64,000 nt of DNA, from positions 2,528,001 to 2,592,000 of the forward strand of contig OZ253496.1 of NCBI GenBank assembly GCA_965262115.1, read 5' to 3'. The stretch's first letter is position 1; the number at the start of each line of letters is the position of its first letter. Below the pieces are notes generated by a model that was given only the letters and a program-made list of their open reading frames with translations, searched no databases and was not told the origin of the DNA. Positions 55,750 through 64,000 of the stretch are shown here, one piece after another. A program made the translations under genes and the position numbers. Source of the stretch: Nitrospinales bacterium (GTDB lineage Bacteria; Nitrospinota; Nitrospinia; Nitrospinales; VA-1).

Positions 55750-57162
55750 CTAAAGGATGTAACGGCTCAGGTCTTCGTCTTGAATAATATCTTTCAGTTT
55801 TTCCTGGATATATTTGGCATCAATCGTTATATTTTTTTCTTCCATATCTGGTGCATTGAAAGAGATCTCTTCGAGAAACTTTTCCATGATGGTTTGCAGT
55901 CGCCGGGCACCGATGTTTTCCGTGCGCTGGTTAACCAGGGCGGACATTTCAGCAATCTGGTCGATGGCATCTTCCAGAAAACTCAGGTTGATCTGTTCCG
56001 TTTTCAGCAAGGCGGTGTATTGCTTGACCAAAGCGTTGTCGGGCTCTGTGAGAATGCGGGCAAAATCATCTTTAGTCAGGGAATCCAGTTCAACACGGAT
56101 AGGAAAACGGCCCTGAAATTCCGGGATCAGGTCCGAGGGCTTGGCGGAGTGAAACGCTCCCGCCGCAATGAAAAGGATGTGGTCGGTTTTCACGATGCCG
56201 TACTTGGTGTTCACCGACGAACCTTCAACGATAGGCAGAAGGTCACGTTGTACCCCTTCGCGCGAGACATCGGGTCCGCTGGTTCCACCCGACTGGCGGC
56301 CGATGATTTTGTCTACTTCATCGATGAAAATGATTCCATTTTGCTCGACACGCTTTAAGGTTTCCTGAATCACTATGTCCTGGTCGAGTAATTTTTCTGC
56401 TTCTTCCTGACAAAGAACCTTGAAAGCATCCGGAACCTTCAATTTTTTATTTTTGGTTTTCTGCGGCATGAGGGAGCCGAGCATGTCCTTAATGTTGTTG
56501 CCCATCTCCTCCATTCCGGCTCCGGAGTTCAGGTCAATGATTGAAGGGGTTTTATCCCGCACTTGGATTTCGACTTCACGATCATCGAGCTTGCCTTCCT
56601 TTAGCATCTGAGCAAACTTTTCACGAGTCTGCTCGTAATGCAGTTTGCCGTTTGTGTCGAGATTAAAGCCGGGTTTCCCCTGCAGTCCTGCGGGTGGAGG
56701 AAGAAGCAAATCCAGAAGCCTTTCTATGGCCTGCTCGTGGGCCTGTTCGCGAAAGGTGGTTTCCATTTCTTCTTTAACCATATTTTTCGATAATTCAACC
56801 AGATCCCGGACCATGGACTCGACATCGCGCCCGACATAACCTACTTCGGTGTATTTGGAAGCTTCGACTTTGATGAAAGGAGACTTGGAAAGCTTTGCCA
56901 GCCGCCGCGCGATTTCGGTCTTTCCTACTCCTGTCGGGCCGATCATGAGAATATTTTTGGGGCCTACTTCATCGCGAAGAGAGTCGGGAAGTTGTAGCCG
57001 ACGCCAGCGATTGCGCAGGGCAATGCCCACCGCTCGCTTGGCGTTGGTTTGCCCGACGATAAACTTGTCCAGTTCCTCAACAATTTGTTTTGGAGTCAAT
57101 GACGCCATGAACGTATCGTTAGTTTTCTGGGGTGTGGGTTCGGTTATTGCTGCATCATTCAT
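55750..57162 (-). CDS. hslU: ATP-dependent protease ATPase subunit HslU
   Basis: [46 protein letters not shown]. Confidence 0.98.
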   Translation of the reverse strand: MNDAAITEPTPQKTNDTFMASLTPKQIVEELDKFIVGQTNAKRAVGIALRNRWRRLQLPDSLRDEVGPKNILMIGPTGVGKTEIARRLAKLSKSPFIKVEASKYTEVGYVGRDVESMVRDLVELSKNMVKEEMETTFREQAHEQAIERLLDLLLPPPAGLQGKPGFNLDTNGKLHYEQTREKFAQMLKEGKLDDREVEIQVRDKTPSIIDLNSGAGMEEMGNNIKDMLGSLMPQKTKNKKLKVPDAFKVLCQEEAEKLLDQDIVIQETLKRVEQNGIIFIDEVDKIIGRQSGGTSGPDVSREGVQRDLLPIVEGSSVNTKYGIVKTDHILFIAAGAFHSAKPSDLIPEFQGRFPIRVELDSLTKDDFARILTEPDNALVKQYTALLKTEQINLSFLEDAIDQIAEMSALVNQRTENIGARRLQTIMEKFLEEISFNAPDMEEKNITIDAKYIQEKLKDIIQDEDLSRYIL

Positions 57163-57165
57163 GAA

Positions 57166-57693
57166 CTACAATTCCTCAATCGTTATATTAGAGTTGGTAT
57201 AAATGCAGATCGTCTCGGTGATCTTCATCGCTTCTTCGACGATTTGCCGTGCCGAAAGATCACTGTGTTGCACCAGTGCTTTGGCGGCGGCGGATGCGAA
57301 CATGCCCCCGGAACCGATCGCCAACACCCCGTCATCGGGTTCGATCACGTCCCCCGTTCCAGAAAGCAGGAGGGAGTGTTCCTTATCGATCACAATCAGC
57401 ATGGCCTCAAGCCGCCTCAGCATTTTATCAGTGCGCCAGTCTTTTGCCAGTTCCACTGCCGAGCGGGGCAGGTTGCCTTGGAACTTTTCAAGTTTTTCCT
57501 CAAACCGGGTAAACAGTGAAAACGCGTCTGCGGTGGACCCTGCAAAACCGCCAACCACATTATCGTGGTACATACGCCGGACCTTGCTGGCGGAATGTTT
57601 CATGATTGTGTTGCCCAGAGTGACCTGCCCGTCACCGCCGATGACGACCTGGCCCTTGTGGCGAACAGCGAGTATTGTGGTTGCGTGCATCAT
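57166..57693 (-). CDS. hslV: ATP-dependent protease subunit HslV
   Basis: [29 protein letters not shown]. Confidence 0.98.
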   Translation of the reverse strand: MMHATTILAVRHKGQVVIGGDGQVTLGNTIMKHSASKVRRMYHDNVVGGFAGSTADAFSLFTRFEEKLEKFQGNLPRSAVELAKDWRTDKMLRRLEAMLIVIDKEHSLLLSGTGDVIEPDDGVLAIGSGGMFASAAAKALVQHSDLSARQIVEEAMKITETICIYTNSNITIEEL

Positions 57694-57737
57694 ATCGAAG
57701 TATTGTACTGGTATCAGGAAAAAAATGGAGGTTAATA

Positions 57738-58667
57738 TTATTCCAGCGCGGGTTTTTCTTTGGCGCGAGGATGTGCCTTGTCATAGGTTTCGGACAATCG
57801 ATCGAGCGTCAAATGCGTGTATTTTTGGGTGGTGGACAGGCTGGAATGACCCAACAATTCCTGAATGGACCGCAAATCTGCTCCGCCCTCCAATAGGTGG
57901 GTGGCAAAAGAATGCCGGATCGAATGAGGAGAAACCCCGCCGGCGAAGTTCCCCTGCTTGATATATTTTTCCACCACTTTACGCACTCCTCTTACAGTGA
58001 TAGCGGCTCCGCGATAATTCAAAAACAGTTGCTCCGTGCCAGGGCCAAGTTTGCGAACTTTATCCATTCGGGCGTTGAGATAGCTTTTCAGCACCTCAAC
58101 ACAAGGGCGTCCCATCGGCAGAAGACGTTCCTTGCCGCCTTTTCCCAGCACTTTGACCATGCGGGAGTCCAGGTTGATGTCCTCAAGGGTCAGCCCAACC
58201 AGTTCGCTGATACGCAGGCCGCAGCTGTAAAACAGTTCCAGCAGAGCCCGGTCGCGGACCACCAGGAACTCTTCGCCCGCGGGCAATTGCAAAAGGCGGA
58301 ACATTTCATCAACGGAAAAATAGGTCGGCAGTTTGTTCTGCATACGGGGAGCGGACACGGTTTTGGCGACATTGGTCTTTAAATATCCTTCACGACACAG
58401 GAACCGGAAAAACGAACTCAATGTGGAAAGCTTGCGTCGCATGGTGGTGCCTGAATAATTCTTCTCATAGAGATGACCCATGAATGAGCGTATCGCCAAC
58501 CGGTCTATTTTTTTGATTTGAATGGAGCGGGACTCAACAGCATGGCCGGATTGGATCAAAAATTCCTGAAACTGGGCGATATCATTGAGATAACCCTCCA
58601 GCGTGTTGGGAGAAGCATTTTTCTCCACCAGCAGGTAATTTTTGAATTCTGTTATGGCCTTTTCCAC
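57738..58667 (-). CDS. xerC: Tyrosine recombinase XerC
   Basis: [39 protein letters not shown]; chromosomal xerC-hslV-hslU context. Confidence 0.9.
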   Translation of the reverse strand: MEKAITEFKNYLLVEKNASPNTLEGYLNDIAQFQEFLIQSGHAVESRSIQIKKIDRLAIRSFMGHLYEKNYSGTTMRRKLSTLSSFFRFLCREGYLKTNVAKTVSAPRMQNKLPTYFSVDEMFRLLQLPAGEEFLVVRDRALLELFYSCGLRISELVGLTLEDINLDSRMVKVLGKGGKERLLPMGRPCVEVLKSYLNARMDKVRKLGPGTEQLFLNYRGAAITVRGVRKVVEKYIKQGNFAGGVSPHSIRHSFATHLLEGGADLRSIQELLGHSSLSTTQKYTHLTLDRLSETYDKAHPRAKEKPALE

Positions 58668-58832
58668 TTAATAACCCTTTATTTATCAATAGTATCAAAA
58701 TACCCGACCGCAGGGGGGAAGTCAAGTTGTGCCAGGTGATGTTTACTATTTGAAACTGTCAGGAATTGAGTTCATAATCCTTATAAACACATTTTGTCAA
58801 CCGCTGGCCCATAAACGGGTCGCTAAAAATAG

Positions 58833-59408
58833 ATGGTCATTATGTCTGATTTAACGAATCCGGAATTTGAAAGAGAAAGACAGCAAGCCGGCGAGGGATT
58901 CCGCAAGGTGTCCGAAATCCGCCAGAAGCTGGACATCCTTGCAGAACATATGGAGTCCAGGAAAGAGGCACTGGAAGAAGAAATTCAGGAACACCTGCAC
59001 GAGTCGCTGGCCAATGCGCGGGACTCGATGGAACGCATCGAGGAAAACATTGCGCCGAAAGTAGAAAAAGCCATCCGAACAAAGATGGAAGAAATCGACC
59101 GCAAGATGGCTCGCTTGAATGAAGAGGGACTCGAGGCGGTGCGGCTGGAACTGGTGAAGGCTACCCCGGAGATCACCAAAAAAATATTGCAAGATCTCGA
59201 CAAGCTGGTGGCGGAAAACACCAGTTTTGCGAAAATGGAAATTTTGAATGAGATTAGAGAAGAACTTAATAAATCTATTCAGTCAAAAATAGAGCCCATC
59301 AACAAAAAACTGGAAAAGGATTTGCCAGCGTCAAAAACTCTGGCAACTTCCGCGCTGGCCCTGGCGGGTGCGGCTTTAATGGGAGTGATCTGGTTGACAG
59401 TCAGGTGA
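58833..59408 (+). CDS. Coiled-coil protein with C-terminal TM helix
   Basis: E/K-rich helical sequence and hydrophobic tail. Confidence 0.75.
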   Translation: MVIMSDLTNPEFERERQQAGEGFRKVSEIRQKLDILAEHMESRKEALEEEIQEHLHESLANARDSMERIEENIAPKVEKAIRTKMEEIDRKMARLNEEGLEAVRLELVKATPEITKKILQDLDKLVAENTSFAKMEILNEIREELNKSIQSKIEPINKKLEKDLPASKTLATSALALAGAALMGVIWLTVR

Positions 59409-59568
59409 CCAGCCAGAACAGGAAAAAGAAAAGCACGCTGGAAAGAATCACCTGCCAGACGAAATTGAACCCTGGTCCGGTAAAAAGGATCAACACGGAG
59501 CAGACGCAGAGAATGACGAATGCCAGGATTAGCCGGGTGCGTTGTTTTAGGATCGGTTCCGGTTCCAT
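59401..59568 (-). CDS. Small two-TM protein, 55 aa
   Basis: Manual read: MEPEPILKQRTRLILAFVILCVCSVLILFTGPGFNFVWQVILSSVLFFFLFWLVT*; starts 6 nt after the upstream gene's stop. Confidence 0.6.
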   Translation of the reverse strand: MEPEPILKQRTRLILAFVILCVCSVLILFTGPGFNFVWQVILSSVLFFFLFWLVT

Positions 59569-59574
59569 AAATTG

Positions 59575-60075
59575 TTAATCGCTTTTATCTTGCAGAAGCA
59601 GTTTTTTAATATCTTCAAGAGCCAGAATTTCTTCCGCTTCCAATAGCAGATTATCGACCGAAAATCCGCTTTCCAACTTTGCGGGTTCCTCGGGATCAGA
59701 ATCAATGCCCAGCCCGGGTGAAGACTCGAGATAGCTTTTGATTTCGTCCTGGCTGAATGTGTTGAGGATGGCTTTGGAGAAATCGGCCAAGAGAGACTCT
59801 AGATGTTTGACCTGCTCCAAAGGTCTGCTGTAATGCTCCTGAACCGTCAAGGTATAGCTCATCTTCAAGGCGCGCCCACCTTGGTTCAGAGGATGATCTT
59901 CAGACGCATCATCGTCGGAATACAAAAATTGAAGTTTCCGCCTTGCTTTTCTGAGCAGGCTGAAATTTAATCCAAACTTTTCTCCAATCAGGAAAGATAG
60001 GCCTGTATGTGTTCCTGCACGCTCAGCAATTTGTGATGCTTCCCTACAATATTCCTGAACCTGTTCGAGTTCCAT
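59575..60075 (-). CDS. Hypothetical protein
   Basis: 166-aa ORF (GLSFLIGEKF); no family recognised. Confidence 0.75.
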   Translation of the reverse strand: MELEQVQEYCREASQIAERAGTHTGLSFLIGEKFGLNFSLLRKARRKLQFLYSDDDASEDHPLNQGGRALKMSYTLTVQEHYSRPLEQVKHLESLLADFSKAILNTFSQDEIKSYLESSPGLGIDSDPEEPAKLESGFSVDNLLLEAEEILALEDIKKLLLQDKSD

Positions 60076-60254
60076 ATTCCGATTTTAAGTGGTGATTGTC
60101 GACGATGATATTATAGGCGTTAATGTTGACCATTATTCTTGTAATGGCGGCAGAAGTAAACACTTTAATCCCACAAGTGGGTTTTATTCCCCCACTCGGC
60201 GTGTGGCCAATAGGTCGATTCCCCTAAAGCAAACGGGTGTTTTTGCCCAAGGGC

Positions 60255-60884
60255 TTATTTTGCAGTTTGCCGTCCATACATTTTGGCGCATAGATAAGCC
60301 AGGAGCCGGGTTGCGGAGTGCAGGAAGGGCTCATTTCCTTTTACCGGTCGAACGTGGATAAAATGCATACCCGCATCAATGGCCCCGCCATCCGTTACAT
60401 AATTGTCCCCAATCATGCACACCTTGGCAGGGTCTTCCAATTGCAGAAAATCGGTCATGGCGATGTGGAATCCCTGTGGATCAGGTTTGGCGGGCACGTT
60501 GGTGACGACTTTGACCCCCATTTGCTCAAACGCTTGAAACCGGTCTTCCCAGGCATTGGTATAAATGGCTATTTTAAATCCGTTATTTAGCATGGCGCGC
60601 ACATGGTCCAGGATTGACAGTCTGAACTCTCTGGCGTGATGAGGGGCAAGAGTGCCGTCCGCATCGAGAAGAATCCCTTCCACACCTTGTTCCAGAAGCC
60701 GTTCGATGGGAACGTCCTCAAACCTTTTTACTTGCATGATGGTGTCCAAACGGGAAGGACTGAAGGGTAGAGAAAGAAACCGGGAAACTTTAGCCCAGGT
60801 CAGGCGTTCGCGTGGCGGAGAACCTCCGCTGACCAGCGTGACGCTGGACTCAAACTGCAATGGCTTTTTACTGCTATCAATCAT
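60255..60884 (-). CDS. HAD IIIA-type phosphatase (YqeG-like)
   Basis: LLDADGTL, YTNA, AKP, MIGDNYVTD. Start set at ATG 60884 because the longer ORF runs through repeats. Confidence 0.85.
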   Translation of the reverse strand: MIDSSKKPLQFESSVTLVSGGSPPRERLTWAKVSRFLSLPFSPSRLDTIMQVKRFEDVPIERLLEQGVEGILLDADGTLAPHHAREFRLSILDHVRAMLNNGFKIAIYTNAWEDRFQAFEQMGVKVVTNVPAKPDPQGFHIAMTDFLQLEDPAKVCMIGDNYVTDGGAIDAGMHFIHVRPVKGNEPFLHSATRLLAYLCAKMYGRQTAK

Positions 60885-61027
60885 ACTCTCGGCTTTATGG
60901 GCCAGCGTGACGCTGGACTCAGAATGCGATAGTTTTTGCTGGCGAGCAAAGAGTTGTCTCGGCTTGTGATGACCTGCCTCAGCTCTCATGCCCCGGAAGG
61001 GTATAACGAGTTCTTGCTAGTTGTCCA

Positions 61028-61231
61028 CACGGCGAGTGCCGGTGAACCACCGGAGGCAGATAGTAGGAACTTTTTAAGCCGAGATTATTTTCTCTATTCG
61101 GAAGCGCTATGGCTATCTGCCCCCACGGCGAGTGCCGGTGAGCCACTGGAGGCAGATAGTAGGAACTTTTTAAGCCGAGATAATTTTCTCTATTCGGATA
61201 GCGCTATGGCTATCTGCCCCCACGGCGAGTG
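61028..61231. repeat. Tandem 96/97-bp repeat, two units plus start of a third
   Basis: CACGGCGAGTG at 61028, 61124 and 61221; near-identical units; hairpin CTATCTGCC..GGCAGATAG spans the junction. Confidence 0.9.
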
Positions 61232-61416
61232 GCTTGGGGAGAATACCACAGTTTAGCGCAAACCCATTGTCTCTTGGGATAAAGAAAAAAAGGAAGAGTT
61301 TCACACGAGGGAGGCGAATAGCTATCGGAGGGGGTAGAAATGTTTTGCTCTGTCCCTTCGGGGCATGAAGTTTAAGGATGGTGATATCACAGCTGCTACC
61401 CCCGGTTAGTGGGTTG

Positions 61417-61803
61417 CTAGTTGAGTCCAGCGTCACGCTGACCAGTGTTACGCTGGGTATATTTATAGCCACACTCTTTTTGGTTGGAAATTGCAACCAT
61501 ACCATGAGACCGATCTTTCAAAGCTCTGGTTTCCGCTAAATCTGCCACATGGGAATCAGACACGGTTAATATTGCATTCAATATTCCGAGAGGGGGAAAG
61601 GCAAACCCCGCCGCCGAAAGAGCGGCATCTCTCAGGTCCTCCAAAGTTTTTATTTTTCTTTGAGCCCCTTCCAACTCGTTTTCAAGCGTCGAACAGGAGG
61701 CCTGGTCATCCGTGGACTGGGCAATATAAACCTTGCCCGCCGCACACCACGAAACCAAAAAACAAAGAACACCCACAACAAACAAACGTGCACAACGACG
61801 CAT
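61417..61803 (-). CDS. Hypothetical exported protein, possibly decaying lipoprotein
   Basis: Signal-like N-terminus with VSWC at the lipobox position; 3' end runs into repeats. Confidence 0.5.
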   Translation of the reverse strand: MRRCARLFVVGVLCFLVSWCAAGKVYIAQSTDDQASCSTLENELEGAQRKIKTLEDLRDAALSAAGFAFPPLGILNAILTVSDSHVADLAETRALKDRSHGMVAISNQKECGYKYTQRNTGQRDAGLN

Positions 61804-62177
61804 TTCTACTCCCAAACAACTTAATGTCGATAAATTTTAATAAAGAATTTGCCCTGAGAAGCAAACCAACAGATTGAGATTTAGGGCCCTAAAAAGGAGA
61901 AGGTGTGAAAATAACAGGGGATAATAAAGGGGACTTTAAATAACCGATTCTGGCTAATTAAGTATAACTCATTTCTCTTGAATAAGATACAAAAAGCCAC
62001 CAGGCGTGGGGCCAAGTGGCAGTGGCTCTTACTGGATTGTGAAAAGTTACCTTGGCCTGATGAGCGGATGTGTTTTGGTAGGGCTGGAGAAGAACAAGGG
62101 TGTGGCAATGTGGTTGCACGATGCGACCACGATCCTTATATTTATATAAACCCGCATTTTCAATACAGGGGGTTGCC

Positions 62178-62885
62178 ATGCCTACCACAATGCCCGAATC
62201 TATTGCCGACCAGATCATTGCCGACAAAATCAAAGAATGGGAGCAGAAAAAGCAAGAGCTGAAAGCTAAGAAAGATATTGAGGAAATAAAACTCCATCCA
62301 TTTCTGACCATTGCCCGAGATTTCGGGTGCAGGGAAGAGGAAATTATTCCCGACCTTGAAAAGTCTCTGGGATGGAAAGTGTATGGGCGCAACATGCTTG
62401 ACCACTTGGCGCGAAAGGAGAACCTCAGCCGTAGTTTCCTTGAAACCCTGGATGAACATCGGCAGAGTCTCATCGAAAACTGGATCAATTTTTTGATCCA
62501 TTCCGGGTCCATCATGCAAGATGATTACGTGGTAAAGATTTCCCGTCTGGTCAAGGTGATCGTTGCTCAAGAGAACGCCATTTTTCTGGGCCGGTGCATC
62601 AATTTCATCCTCGCAGACAAAAGGGAAGGTCTGCGTATTCGGTTGACGGCTCCGCTCATACAGAGGGTCAAAAATATTTCCCAGATCAGGAAAATCTCTG
62701 AGAAAGAAGCAGAGGATATGATTCAAAAAACCGATCAAGAACGGCGGAGTTTTACCAAACAAAATTTCAACAGAGATTTTGATTCTTACGATGGTTATGA
62801 CCTGGTGTTCAATACAATGAACTTCCCCAGCGAGAAAATAATCAAAACCATCTCCCTGTTTTTAATGCCTGATGGAAGGAGGTGA
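62178..62885 (+). CDS. Cytidylate kinase-like family protein
   Basis: LTIARDFG, AIFLGR, IRLTAP..RV, DQERR, YDLVFNT. Confidence 0.85.
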   Translation: MPTTMPESIADQIIADKIKEWEQKKQELKAKKDIEEIKLHPFLTIARDFGCREEEIIPDLEKSLGWKVYGRNMLDHLARKENLSRSFLETLDEHRQSLIENWINFLIHSGSIMQDDYVVKISRLVKVIVAQENAIFLGRCINFILADKREGLRIRLTAPLIQRVKNISQIRKISEKEAEDMIQKTDQERRSFTKQNFNRDFDSYDGYDLVFNTMNFPSEKIIKTISLFLMPDGRR

Positions 62886-62890
62886 ACAGC

Positions 62891-63028
62891 ATGACAATCT
62901 GTCCCGTCGCCCTTGCGGTCGGATGCGAGAAATGCCCCATGTTCAAATTCTGCCCACTCACTACCGTGCTTGGCGACCAGAAAAAAGAACCGGAAGAAAA
63001 TAAAAAAGAAGAGCCCAGAAAAGAATAA
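62891..63028 (+). CDS. Small Cys-rich protein, 45 aa
   Basis: Manual read: MTICPVALAVGCEKCPMFKFCPLTTVLGDQKKEPEENKKEEPRKE*; SD AGGAGGT; 5 nt after the previous stop. Confidence 0.75.
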   Translation: MTICPVALAVGCEKCPMFKFCPLTTVLGDQKKEPEENKKEEPRKE

Positions 63029-63236
63029 CTGCCCAAGAGTAAAAACAGTTTCAAGCCTACAATTAAAAATACCGCCTCCACAAATAGGTATAGGCTCTTA
63101 ATCACCTGCTATTGAGTCAATCCCTCGTGGGGCTCTTCGTGAAATGTTTTTGGCCTCAACGCCAGGCTTTTCTTGAAGGCTTTTTCCTACAGTTGGTATT
63201 TTTTCATGCTTTTCTATTCAATCCCCAAGTGACACC

Positions 63237-63347
63237 AGTGGTTTGCAAAACTCTTGTTCATTTGAATGACAAAATAGCCTTTTATTGTCATGCTGAGCTT
63301 GTCGAAGCATCTCGCTTTTCTGTTTTATCGACTTATGCAAAGGTTTC
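63237..63347. mobile_element. MITE copy D, internally deleted, no Z insert
   Basis: GAATGACAAAA..TGTCATGCTGAGCTTGTCGAAGCATCTCG..TCGACTTATGCAAAGGTTTC aligns with copy C; left end degenerate. Confidence 0.75.
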
Positions 63348-63381
63348 GCTCTCCTAGTAAATAAACGATAACGACCTTGGT

Positions 63382-63897
63382 TTATTTGCTACTTTTATAA
63401 ACAATCTTTTTTAGCGTTACCTCATCTACCAAAGTTCCACCAATCACAGATGGTAGTAACTTGTCATAAGCCTGGTTGTCTATAAACGGGTTATCTTTGA
63501 ACTGGTAAAACATATCTGCATTTGATTTTGAGTTAGCGTCAATTTGTTGTTCTGTTGAACCAGAAAACGGATTTTTAAGTATTGAATCTACAAATGCGTC
63601 TTTAAAATCAACCGTAAACTTAATTCCGATAATTATTTTGTTTGTGTTATTTTTGAATAAGGGCATATACCGTATTGATTTTTCTTGATACTCCGATGTA
63701 TGGGGCTCTAAAAGTCTTCCCACTACCGAAACGGAAGAATTTAGCTCGGTATTTAGTTTATTTAAAACTTTGTAGGTTCCGTCTGACTTTAAATCAACTT
63801 TCCTGCCATCTTTTAATTCAACTATTTCTGCATATATTAGAGATTGAACCGAGCACAAGATCATAATGATAAAAACGAACATTTTCATTTTATCCAC
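63382..63897 (-). CDS. Secreted hypothetical protein
   Basis: Signal peptide then ELKDGRKVDLKSDGTY; AT-rich. Confidence 0.75.
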   Translation of the reverse strand: MDKMKMFVFIIMILCSVQSLIYAEIVELKDGRKVDLKSDGTYKVLNKLNTELNSSVSVVGRLLEPHTSEYQEKSIRYMPLFKNNTNKIIIGIKFTVDFKDAFVDSILKNPFSGSTEQQIDANSKSNADMFYQFKDNPFIDNQAYDKLLPSVIGGTLVDEVTLKKIVYKSSK

Positions 63898-64000
63898 TCC
63901 TCATTCAAACCAGTTCTTAGTTTTTTTCGGCCATTGTAATGCTGGACTTACTTGACAATAATATTTGTAGCAAGAAGGATTTTTTAACAAACCCCCTTAA

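Noticed and set aside
57738..58667. Phage or island integrase
   Set aside because: Sequence and xerC-hslV-hslU context fit the chromosomal dimer-resolution recombinase.
61028..61231. CRISPR array
   Set aside because: Whole units are duplicated, with no unique spacers.

Overview
Bacterial chromosomal window. The gene content suggests a Nitrospinota/Nitrospinaceae-like nitrite oxidiser (inference from xerC-hslVU-argB-hrcA-grpE order, HdrB-like-anchor Sdh/Frd, SorAB-like genes and an EbdC/NxrC-like heme b protein). The housekeeping backbone is intact: ruvCAB, yebC, yajC-secDF, rnpB, hda, two DegQ proteases, ligA, an RhlB-like helicase, sdhABE, dnaE, ilvD, mutM, grpE, hrcA, argB, hslUV, xerC. 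Three things stand out beyond it. (1) Intergenic DNA is crowded with small palindromic repeats that nest inside each other: CGTC-type REPs, a MITE with GAGACCTTTGCATAA ends and 9-bp target duplications, and a ~40-bp single-hairpin unit ('Z') that inserts without a duplication. (2) A small GIY-YIG nuclease gene (45200-45538) is bracketed by four CGTC-type REPs and two Z units, an arrangement resembling RAYT/REP loci; this is my best candidate for an undescribed nuclease-repeat system. (3) About eight accessory genes carry nonsense, frameshift or truncation lesions while core genes are clean, including a fumarate-reductase-like flavoprotein trimmed by two in-frame TAG codons. No CRISPR array, tRNA, rRNA or intact transposase was found. 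All family assignments are by eye; no searches were run.
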